This document shows positions 34,602-42,426 of a stretch of DNA of 42,426 nt, one piece after another. Each line of letters starts with the position of its first letter. The first letter of the stretch is position 1. Position numbers and translations under genes: made by a program. The notes under the pieces were generated by a model that was not told the DNA's origin, ran no database searches, and saw only the letters and a list, made by a program, of their open reading frames with translations. The DNA is from a virus (Duplodnaviria; Caudoviricetes). The DNA is taken from the IMG/VR virus record IMGVR_UViG_3300049210_000044, positions 1 to 42,426 of that record; one strand, given 5' to 3'.

Positions 34602-36362
34602 CTACGGAGTGTCGTCGGTGCAGTTGATGTTGGCAGCACCGGTGATACCCGCGACACAGCCGGTCACCGTGTACAGGCGCTGACCCGGGCACGGGAAGAG
34701 CGGCGCGTAGCCCTCCTCCGTGAACAGAGCCGTGAACTCGTTGACCGCCAGCGAGGCCGCGTCGTAGACGTTGGTCAGGGTGACCACGTCCTGACGGGCG
34801 AGGACGACCGCACCCGCAGGCCATGCGAGGAACGACACCGTGGACGGCAGAGCCGTCATGAACGGGGTCGCAGCGTCACCGCCCGGGAACGTCGGGTCGA
34901 TTGCGCCACCGGTGATCAGGCCGTCCTGCCAGCCACGCACGAACTGAACGCGCGCTCCACGCATGGAGAACATCGAGCCGATCGCCGCGTCCGAGACGTT
35001 CAGGAGGCTGCCGGTGTCGCCGGTACGGCGGGACAGGTCGGCACGGATCTGCGCCAGCACCCAGTACGGGAACACCACCTCGATGGTCGAGTTGCGAGGC
35101 AGCATGAACCGGTACATCAGGTCTTCACGCGCGAGCTCCACCGCAGAGAGCACTGCCGACGTGAACGAGTCGCGCGTAGCGCCATCCGGGTCGGGCGAGG
35201 CGAACACGGTGGCCGCTCCGGCTCGCGTGAGGATCTGCGCGATGATGTTGCGGTTGATCTCCTGGTCATGAGCGGCCATGAGACCGTCAATCCAGGCATT
35301 GACGACCTCGGGGTATCCGGCCGCCTGAAGGAAGCTGGCACGGATACACAGGGCCGCCACGTCCAGGCGGCGGTCTTCAAAGGTGGGGCAGGGGATCTCG
35401 GAACACGTCTTGGCCGTGTCTGCGATGACCTGTGCCTCGGTCAGCAGGTTGGAGCCGCCGCCGACCGCGATGGCGTTCGCGTAGATCGTCGGGAAGTCGG
35501 GCTCGTCCGTGTAGTTGATGCCGCCCCGGGGCGCCGTGACGGTCGGCAGGTCCAGGAGACCGACACCGGCGGACCAGTTGAGGCAGAGGCTGTAGTCGTT
35601 CTGGGAGGGCGCGCACCAACCGGCCGCCGCCGTGAGAGAGCCACGCTTCTTGTCCAGGCTGTCCTGCCATGCCGTGGCCAGGTTGCCACCGGGGAGCGAG
35701 AACTCGTTGCGCGCCTGACGGATCTTGCGCATGACCTCGTTGCCGTGCTCACGCGGCCCGATGGTCAGTTCAGCGTCGCGCTCGCGCTGGAACTGGGCGA
35801 TGCCGTACTTGCCGGAGCTGTTGCGACCGACCGAGCGGGCCGAGTTGATGAGCGTCTCAGAGATCTCGTTGATGCCTGAGAACTCCTCGCCCACTCCTCG
35901 CTGGAGCAGGCCCGCCGTGTGGGGCATGAGGCGGCCCACCCAGCCTTCACGGCGGGTCACACCGGCCGGGGGCGCCACGTGGGTCTGTACGGCCATCTCA
36001 GCGACTGAGGGGACCTGGGGGACCACGACGGGCTCCGAGGCCACCACAGGGGCGCTGGAGACGCTTGCCGGGGCCGGGATGGGGTTGACCGCCGGAATGA
36101 CCGGGACATCACCGAGGGACGCGAACGCGTCGCGCTGCGCCTGAGCGGCGTTGGCACGCTCGATGCGGGCGGCGGTCTCGGCCTGGATGAGCGGAAGGCG
36201 TTCGGCCAGCGCGCCGAACTCGGCCTGCTCCTCGGCGGTGTGTTCGGCCTTGGAAGCAAGCTCGGTGCCCCGCTCCCGGACCCGGGCGAACTCTGCGGCG
36301 AGGGCCGCATCGTCAAGGGCGGTGGGATTGAAGGTGGGTTCCGGAGTGATGTCATCTGCCAT
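34602..36362 (-). CDS. Major capsid (hexamer) protein with N-terminal scaffold-like region
   Basis: Start MADDIT; coiled-coil N-terminus, LTAAAGWCAPS, LLDLP...RGGI, ALFTEEG. Confidence 0.85.
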   Translation of the reverse strand: MADDITPEPTFNPTALDDAALAAEFARVRERGTELASKAEHTAEEQAEFGALAERLPLIQAETAARIERANAAQAQRDAFASLGDVPVIPAVNPIPAPASVSSAPVVASEPVVVPQVPSVAEMAVQTHVAPPAGVTRREGWVGRLMPHTAGLLQRGVGEEFSGINEISETLINSARSVGRNSSGKYGIAQFQRERDAELTIGPREHGNEVMRKIRQARNEFSLPGGNLATAWQDSLDKKRGSLTAAAGWCAPSQNDYSLCLNWSAGVGLLDLPTVTAPRGGINYTDEPDFPTIYANAIAVGGGSNLLTEAQVIADTAKTCSEIPCPTFEDRRLDVAALCIRASFLQAAGYPEVVNAWIDGLMAAHDQEINRNIIAQILTRAGAATVFASPDPDGATRDSFTSAVLSAVELAREDLMYRFMLPRNSTIEVVFPYWVLAQIRADLSRRTGDTGSLLNVSDAAIGSMFSMRGARVQFVRGWQDGLITGGAIDPTFPGGDAATPFMTALPSTVSFLAWPAGAVVLARQDVVTLTNVYDAASLAVNEFTALFTEEGYAPLFPCPGQRLYTVTGCVAGITGAANINCTDDTP

Positions 36363-36513
36363 GGCGAGCCCCTTCCAGGTCGGCAGAAACGGAGTGGTCA
36401 CGTCTTCTACCGCCGATTCGGTTCTCGACTCAGCAATCAGCAGCGCCCCCAGAGTACGTCAACGTCCCGGCAAGCGCTGGGGGCGCTCCGGGGGCATGCC
36501 GCCGAATGTAAGG

Positions 36514-36650
36514 CTTTGGAGGTAAGGAGGTGAGTGGAGGTATAGCTACCACCCCCTCTTATTGGGGAACACGTCACACACCTATAGACAAGGTCTCCCG
36601 CACGTGGGGGGGGTGTAGCTATACCTCCTCTTACCTCCTTACCTCCAAAA
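36514..36650. repeat. Inverted-repeat iteron element B (origin-like), intergenic
   Basis: TTTGGAGGTAAGGAGGTGAGTGGAGGTATAGCTAC...GTAGCTATACCTCCTCTTACCTCCTTACCTCCAAA. Confidence 0.85.
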
Positions 36651-36713
36651 CCAAGGGTGTTAAGGCATGGAAAAGCCCCGGCCAACCGCTCCGGGGCCTA
36701 TGTCCGACTCTGT

Positions 36714-36896
36714 CTACTTCTGCTTGGGGACGACCCGTATTGAGTACGCGCGCCGCTGCCCCGCCGGATCCACGGAGGAGTCCTGCGCCCCCACGATCCT
36801 CGCCTCCTGGACCGTGGCCACCCTCGTCGTGGTCCCGTCCCGGAATGTGACCTCGTACTCCGTATTAGCCGATTTGCGATTCCCGCAGCAGCCCAT
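36714..36896 (-). CDS. Small protein (MGCCG...)
   Basis: RBS GGAGG; follows the protease gene. Confidence 0.65.
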   Translation of the reverse strand: MGCCGNRKSANTEYEVTFRDGTTTRVATVQEARIVGAQDSSVDPAGQRRAYSIRVVPKQK

Positions 36897-36898
36897 GA

Positions 36899-38035
36899 TC
36901 AGCCCTCCATCCCTGTCTGTGCCTCGGCCCACGCCCAGAGCGTCCGAGCGTCGGTCCTCGCCTTGATCACTTTGTCGGCCCCGCCATACTCACCCACCAC
37001 CGGCTTGATGCCGAAGGAGCCGATCAGCGTCTGCTGATGGCCTGCGCTGAAAGCCACCCTCGCCCGGGGCACCGGGAACCCCGGAGCGTTCACGGAGCAC
37101 ACCGCGATCAGCTCCAGATTTCCTCCCACCCGCCGCCAGTCACCCGAAACCGGGGATGCCCTGAAGGTGGCCCTGGCTGCCTCCGTAGCGCCCGGAAGCA
37201 CCCAGCCTGCCACCCAGATGCCGTACTCGTCCTCCCCGGCCATTACACGGGCGACAGCGGCTTTCGGGTCGTCGTAGTGTGCCTGGGCTCCCCGGAACGC
37301 CAACGACACGTCCGCGTGCCGGGGACCGGCCACCAGCGTCCCCACCGGGATCACAGCGCCCTCAGCGGTCGCCTGCTCCCCCACATGGAAGTAGGAGTAA
37401 CCCGATGTGCTGGACGGAGGCGTGACGCACCCGGGCAGCCCGATGTGGCAGGTCTCCCAACCGGCGATGTGCCCGAACACGCGGCCCGAGTCAGAGATGG
37501 TGATCGGGGTCAGCCGGTCCAGGTCGGGCTGACGGAACCAGTCCAGCGGAGGGAGGGTGGAGGTAGCGGCGGAGGCAGACAGCCAGTCCGGCACGCTTAC
37601 CTCCAACCCTCCCTCCATTGGCTCCACGGGCGCGGGATCCAGGGTCAGGGACACGTCCGCGAACGCGGGGATCGCCACCAGGGTGGCACCCGCGATACGC
37701 CACTTGGTGATCACCAACCGCTCCTGGTCATCCATCGTGTACTCGATGTCGTCCAGGTCCACCGAGGGACCGAGGAGCCCAGCCTCCAACTGCTCGATCA
37801 CCGCGTAGGGGGCCGAGTCCAGCATCGACCCCGTGGCGGTCACCATGCCGTCCCCGATGTGCAGGGACTCGATGCGCGCCACGACCATCGATCCGCCGTG
37901 CCCGTCCCCGCTCAGCTCCTGCCATGCCAGAGGCAGAGGCAGGTCCCGGCTCGACCCGGCGCCCGGGGCGATGATCCGTCCGTCACCCGTGGGCACGCCC
38001 AGGCGGGCCAGTACCGCGCTCCACGTCCTAGCCAT
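36899..38035 (-). CDS. Capsid maturation protease-like protein
   Basis: PTGDGR, LPL.WQ, H, PSVDLD, GATLVAIPAF; C-terminal GRVFGH..SGDWR domain. Confidence 0.75.
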   Translation of the reverse strand: MARTWSAVLARLGVPTGDGRIIAPGAGSSRDLPLPLAWQELSGDGHGGSMVVARIESLHIGDGMVTATGSMLDSAPYAVIEQLEAGLLGPSVDLDDIEYTMDDQERLVITKWRIAGATLVAIPAFADVSLTLDPAPVEPMEGGLEVSVPDWLSASAATSTLPPLDWFRQPDLDRLTPITISDSGRVFGHIAGWETCHIGLPGCVTPPSSTSGYSYFHVGEQATAEGAVIPVGTLVAGPRHADVSLAFRGAQAHYDDPKAAVARVMAGEDEYGIWVAGWVLPGATEAARATFRASPVSGDWRRVGGNLELIAVCSVNAPGFPVPRARVAFSAGHQQTLIGSFGIKPVVGEYGGADKVIKARTDARTLWAWAEAQTGMEG

Positions 38036-38255
38036 CAGTCGGCTCCTCTCGTGCGATCCCCGCGTTCGCCCAGAAGACCGCCTCCTCAATCTTGGTGAGG
38101 GCTAGAGCCCGCTCCCGTCCCTCCGGTGCCATCTGAGCGACGGTCACGGCCAAGGCCCTCCCCGCCGCGCGTACCGCGTCCAGACGGGTTACCGCGTCCT
38201 GGCTCACGCAGTGGCCGTGAAACCGCCGGTCAAGGTCGTCGTAGTCCACGCTCAT
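38028..38255 (-). CDS. Acb2/Tad1-like helical-hairpin protein (putative signal sponge)
   Basis: RF.GH...P.GRERALALTKIEEAVFWANAGIAR. Confidence 0.6.
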   Translation of the reverse strand: MSVDYDDLDRRFHGHCVSQDAVTRLDAVRAAGRALAVTVAQMAPEGRERALALTKIEEAVFWANAGIAREEPTDG

Positions 38256-39046
38256 GGGTTCTGCCTCTCAGTCCAATCGATCGTCTCACCGAGCACTACA
38301 GGCAGGATCGAACACCGGCAGTTGATGACCTCAGCTGCGGCGCCCCGGGGATCGCCCGGGAACAGGAGCAGCGCCCCGCCGACCCGGAACGACTCGGTGA
38401 GCAGGGTGCGCTGCTTGTCCGCTGCCACGTGGGTCGGCCTGGTCCGCTTGTCCTCGGTGCTGATCCACTGCTTGAACGGCGCCGGATCCCCGCGCTGCTC
38501 CGCCTCTAGCTGGGCTCCTCGCAGCACGCCCGCGTTCACCGCCCCGATCGTCTCGGTGCGCGCCACGGTCATGGCCCGGTTGGGCCACCGGTCGGTGCCA
38601 CTGGCGGTCAGCAGGAGCTGGATGTCGTCCCTGACCCGGTCCAGGCTGCGGCCCTCGGTGATGCCCCGCTCGACCTCGGCCACGATGAGGGCGTACACCT
38701 CGTCCGGGACGTTCTTGAGACGGTTGCCAGCCTGGTTGAGGTAGCCGCTCACCCACGGATCCGTAGGGGGGTCGCCCGCCCGCGTCACCCGGCGCCACGC
38801 GTCTCCGAGCACGCCCCGGATCTCGGGCAGGATCTCCGCGTCCACCTGTTCGGTCCAGAACCCTTGATGGTCGCTGACACGTCCGGGGTCCACGCGGTCG
38901 GGTGGTACGACAGCAGGCCGCACCCGGTCCAGGAAGCGGGTCATGGACCGGAACCAGGTCCGTCCGATGCGCCGCTCCCCGTCCCGGATGAATGCCTGGG
39001 CGCGCAGCCTCTGGGGCAGGTGCGGATCCTCGGGAGGGGTGCTCAC
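38252..39046 (-). CDS. MuF-like minor head protein
   Basis: RA..VARTET, KQWIS..D.RTRPTH, FPGDP, INCRC. Confidence 0.9.
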   Translation of the reverse strand: MSTPPEDPHLPQRLRAQAFIRDGERRIGRTWFRSMTRFLDRVRPAVVPPDRVDPGRVSDHQGFWTEQVDAEILPEIRGVLGDAWRRVTRAGDPPTDPWVSGYLNQAGNRLKNVPDEVYALIVAEVERGITEGRSLDRVRDDIQLLLTASGTDRWPNRAMTVARTETIGAVNAGVLRGAQLEAEQRGDPAPFKQWISTEDKRTRPTHVAADKQRTLLTESFRVGGALLLFPGDPRGAAAEVINCRCSILPVVLGETIDWTERQNP

Positions 39047-40851
39047 CTCAGGTACCAGCGAAGCTCGTCACGGTCATGGGCCGCCCCCGTCAGCAAGAGC
39101 TTGGTCACGTACATCTCCAGCGCCACTCGCAGCGCGCCGGGGCGTACCGCGAACGCCTGGGCGAGATCGTCCGAGAACTTGATCTCCACGTGAGCGGCGG
39201 GGTCCTCGGGCCGGATGTGCCGGTAGAGCTCATGACGCGGCGTGGTCTTGAACTGACCCCGGTTCTGGTTGGTGAGCAGGCGCCCGCCCGCCCGGTCCAG
39301 AGCCTGCATGACGAGCACCTCAGCCGCAGCTACCAGGCCCTCGGGCATCTCTTCGGGCTCGGGCTCCTCATCCTGGGTGCCGGGCAGAGCGTTCTGCGGG
39401 GCGGCCGGAGGCTCGGGTACCTCCAACTCACCTCCCGAACCCACCTCGGCATCGACCCCAGCCGCGACCGGGGCGATCTCGATACCGATGTCGAGTGCGG
39501 CTGCTACCTGGGGATCGGACAGCAGGGTGGGCGCCACAGAGACGAGCCTCTCCAGGATGCGCCGTGCCCGCTCCTCCTGGTCCGGCATGGCGTCGATGGG
39601 CACGCCGTTCTCGGTGAGGAAGTACTCGTCCGAGATGAGCACCTTTTCGTACAGCGACTCCAGCGTCTCCCGGTCATCGGGGCGCGCCACGATGGCGGTG
39701 GTGTCCCACCCGATCTCAAAGAGCTCGGCCTGTTCCCGGGTCTTGCCCATGGCGATGAGGGCGGGGCGGAACCAGAACTCGGTGATGACGTCGCCAACGG
39801 CCTTCAGGAGAGGCTCAATGAAGATCTTGTAAGTGCTCTCTTCGACCTGCCAGGCACTCCAGTGGTTGGACTCGCCCTGGGTACCCTCAGCCACGTCCTT
39901 GGGCATATCGAGAGCCGCTGCCAGACGACGCAACGCATCCTGTCGCAGCTCCACCACGGATGCGTCAAAGGTGGAGGCGAAGTCCTGCCAGAACGCCTGA
40001 CTGATCTGCTCACCGGGGACTGTGAGGACGATCGGGACTGTGGCAGCGGCCTGTCCGGGGTTCTTGATGCCTTGCTCGGCCACGCTGAGGAAGAGATCCA
40101 TGATGGCTTCGCCCACGGTGTCGTGGTCGCCCCGGGGGAAGTCGATTTCCTCGGGTACCAGCCACACGCCGTTCATGGCGAGACGGGAGTCAAGACGTGC
40201 GGCGATGGACTGCGTGGCTTTCTCGACCTCTCGGCAGACGGGCAGTGCCGGGCGCACAGAGCTGTCGGCCTTGGCCTGGTCATTGGGGTGGGGTGACCAG
40301 ACACGGATGAGACGGTCCCGGGGGCTGAGGGTTACCAGCACGCCCGTGAAGGGATCCGTGTACTGCCAGCTCTCCCCCTTGGCCTTGACCTTGTCGCCGG
40401 ACAGCACAAGCCACGTGTCCGGCTTGCGCCGGTCGGTCGAGGGTCGGACGATGACCCATGCTTCACCGGGGATCTGCCAGCACAGGGCAATCAGACGCAG
40501 TAGGCCCGCGCGCTGTGCGGGACCGCCCAGGACAAGGGCCGCCGCCGCTTTGGCTACAGAGTCCTCGCTCGGGCCTGTGGGCTTGCCCGTGTCCGCGTCC
40601 AGCTCGGTGGCGTGAAGATCGGCCTGGGAGACCGCGTTGGCGATCCAGACTGTGGGGCCCCGCAGCTCGCCGATGGCGTCGTAGTAGTACCACGCCTCCT
40701 GCTGCCACTGCTCCGTGGTGGCGTGCTGACGGGAGCGGTTGATGGTGAGGACGCCGGGGCCGTTCATGGGCATGCCCGCCGCGACGATGGCTTTGGGCGG
40801 CTGCTTGTCCTCAGACTGTGTCGTACCTCGGAACCTGTCAAAGACACCCAT
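39043..40851 (-). CDS. Portal protein
   Basis: Start MGVFDRF; WQQEAW.YYD.IGEL, RVW.PHP...ADS, NHWSAW; position after TerL. Confidence 0.85.
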   Translation of the reverse strand: MGVFDRFRGTTQSEDKQPPKAIVAAGMPMNGPGVLTINRSRQHATTEQWQQEAWYYYDAIGELRGPTVWIANAVSQADLHATELDADTGKPTGPSEDSVAKAAAALVLGGPAQRAGLLRLIALCWQIPGEAWVIVRPSTDRRKPDTWLVLSGDKVKAKGESWQYTDPFTGVLVTLSPRDRLIRVWSPHPNDQAKADSSVRPALPVCREVEKATQSIAARLDSRLAMNGVWLVPEEIDFPRGDHDTVGEAIMDLFLSVAEQGIKNPGQAAATVPIVLTVPGEQISQAFWQDFASTFDASVVELRQDALRRLAAALDMPKDVAEGTQGESNHWSAWQVEESTYKIFIEPLLKAVGDVITEFWFRPALIAMGKTREQAELFEIGWDTTAIVARPDDRETLESLYEKVLISDEYFLTENGVPIDAMPDQEERARRILERLVSVAPTLLSDPQVAAALDIGIEIAPVAAGVDAEVGSGGELEVPEPPAAPQNALPGTQDEEPEPEEMPEGLVAAAEVLVMQALDRAGGRLLTNQNRGQFKTTPRHELYRHIRPEDPAAHVEIKFSDDLAQAFAVRPGALRVALEMYVTKLLLTGAAHDRDELRWYLR

Positions 40852-41141
40852 CAGTCCACCTCTCCCCGGGCCAGGTATCCGGCCACGTAGCTGAACATAA
40901 GTCCCAGGGGGACGATCCATGGCCACGACCACTGCCCGGTCAGGGTGCCCGCCGCCGCAACGCCGAGGCCGACGTAGAACGAGACGCACCAGTCGCAGAC
41001 GATCAGGTATGCGGCGAGCGAGCCGGAGGGCAGACGACGCAGCATCCAGGACCTGGGAGCGTCCGTGATGCGGTCCGTGGTGACCAGACGGGTGACGCGG
41101 GCGGTGACGAGAGCTGCCACGAGCAGCGTGATCGGTTCCAT
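40851..41141 (-). CDS. DUF1360-like membrane protein
   Basis: RVTRLVTTDRIT..PR...YLIVCDWCVS. Confidence 0.75.
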   Translation of the reverse strand: MEPITLLVAALVTARVTRLVTTDRITDAPRSWMLRRLPSGSLAAYLIVCDWCVSFYVGLGVAAAGTLTGQWSWPWIVPLGLMFSYVAGYLARGEVD

Positions 41142-41149
41142 TTCAGCTC

Positions 41150-42406
41150 CTATGATGCCCGTCCACGCGGGGTAAGACCTGGGCGGTTCACACTCTGCAA
41201 CCGTCTCGCGCCATACGGGTTGGCCGCGACCGCGCTTCCACTCTCGCGCCTCATGTGGTGAGCAGCCGCGTGCACCATGGCGTCGATGCGGTCGGGGCTG
41301 TCCGGGTCTTCCTCGGGGATCCAGGTGGTGAGCTGGTCCTCTAGATCGGGGAAGGACCCGACGTGGTGGACGCGTCCCTGTTCGTAACGCATGGCGACGG
41401 GTTGGGCGCGCAGCTTCTTGCCCTGAGAGGCGTTAACTCGGCGCAGCGGTGGCGGTCCCTCGTGACCGAGGTCTCTCCACGCCCGCTTCATGACGGTCTC
41501 GATCCAGTCCTTGCCGCCGTTGTCCTCCACTACGACCACGCTGGCGTTGTGGCGTGTGAGCAGGTTCCAGGCTCGTTCGGCGGCCCGCAGCGGAGTGAGT
41601 TTCTCTGAGTCGTCCGCAAGGACGTACAGGTGGCCGTTCTGTGCGGCGCCGACCACGGACAGGCCGGTCTCATCTCCGGTACCGGTTCCGGCGGGGTCCA
41701 TGCCGACCACGATGCGTACCAGCTCGGGTACCTGGTCAGAGCCCACCCGGGCTTCATCGATGTGGCGCCTGGCGACCAGCGCGCCGGGCAGGTCTTCCAG
41801 TACCTCGGCATCGAGTTCCTGCCGTCCCAGGGTGGTGCCCTCGTACTTGGCCACCACGGCCCGCCGGAAGGTGGGGGCCAAGTTGTCGAGGTTGTCGTAG
41901 GTCGAGCCGCGCACGGTGACCGTGGCGGGGTCCTTCAACAGCTGCTTGATGAGTCGCAGCGGCCGGGGCGTGGTGGTGACGCAGATCTGCGGGTGCTCGC
42001 CCAGGCGCATACCCAGCTGCGCCATGTCCCAGGACTCTTGCAGGTACCTCCACGCGGCCAGCTCATCGAACCAGCCGTACCCGTGTTGCGGCCCGCGCAG
42101 GCGGTTGGGCTCGTCGGCGGAGTAGCAGGTCTGGATGGAGCCGTTGGGGTAGACCAGTCGTCGCTTGGACGGCTCGTACACGGGCCGGAAGGTGGCCGGT
42201 GCGCACGCCAGGATGCCTGACTCGCCCTCCACCAGGACGTCACGGGTGTCGGCGGCGGTCGGCCCGATGAGAGCGCCCCGAGGGTGTGTGCGGGCTTTCT
42301 CAATGGCCCACTCGGCGCCGACGCGCGTCTTGCCCCAGCCTCGGCCCGCCAGTGCCATCCACACGTCCCACTCGCCCTCGGGGGGCCGCTGCGCCTGACG
42401 GGCGTG
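41150..42406 (-). CDS. terL: Terminase large subunit, main part
   Basis: Walker A AGRGWGKT, LRG, WFDE, TTTP, VGMDPA, SPDRIDA. Confidence 0.95.
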   Translation of the reverse strand, partial: HARQAQRPPEGEWDVWMALAGRGWGKTRVGAEWAIEKARTHPRGALIGPTAADTRDVLVEGESGILACAPATFRPVYEPSKRRLVYPNGSIQTCYSADEPNRLRGPQHGYGWFDELAAWRYLQESWDMAQLGMRLGEHPQICVTTTPRPLRLIKQLLKDPATVTVRGSTYDNLDNLAPTFRRAVVAKYEGTTLGRQELDAEVLEDLPGALVARRHIDEARVGSDQVPELVRIVVGMDPAGTGTGDETGLSVVGAAQNGHLYVLADDSEKLTPLRAAERAWNLLTRHNASVVVVEDNGGKDWIETVMKRAWRDLGHEGPPPLRRVNASQGKKLRAQPVAMRYEQGRVHHVGSFPDLEDQLTTWIPEEDPDSPDRIDAMVHAAAHHMRRESGSAVAANPYGARRLQSVNRPGLTPRGRAS

Positions 42407-42426
42407 GGGTCCGGGGCGCCCGGGGT
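42407..42426. repeat. Duplicate of bases 1-20
   Basis: Exact 20-nt match. Confidence 0.95.

Overview
The window appears to be a complete, circularly closed ~42.4 kb genome of a high-GC actinobacterial siphovirus, most likely a Streptomyces-type phage (host is inferred). Bases 1-20 equal bases 42407-42426, and the large terminase reads in frame across that junction. The minus strand carries the virion module (TerS, TerL, portal, MuF, protease, capsid hexamer/pentamer pair, major tail, adaptor, chaperones, tape measure, minor tail proteins, holin). It also carries an accessory arm (LuxR-HTH protein, SF2 helicase, ParB-like DGQHR protein, resolvase, membrane proteins, endolysin cassette). The plus strand carries a replication block (HTH, CopG-like RHH, a 1402-aa primase-helicase-PolA fusion, PD-(D/E)XK exonuclease, SSB-like protein). 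I found no integrase or CRISPR array. Main unexplained signals: (1) ~65 copies of (C)RRGTRC written over 1.07 kb of coding sequence in and next to a membrane protein ending in an FtsK-gamma-like winged helix, a candidate self-encoded centromere or membrane tether; (2) two mini-tRNA-like leaders, each before a tiny single-TM ORF, plus a ~285-nt structured ncRNA with a degenerate tRNA-like core; (3) two copies of an inverted-repeat iteron element about half a genome apart, one translated inside the replicase; (4) a conserved phage promoter family; (5) an Acb2/Tad1-like gene in the head module. All family assignments come from motif recognition by eye, not from database searches.
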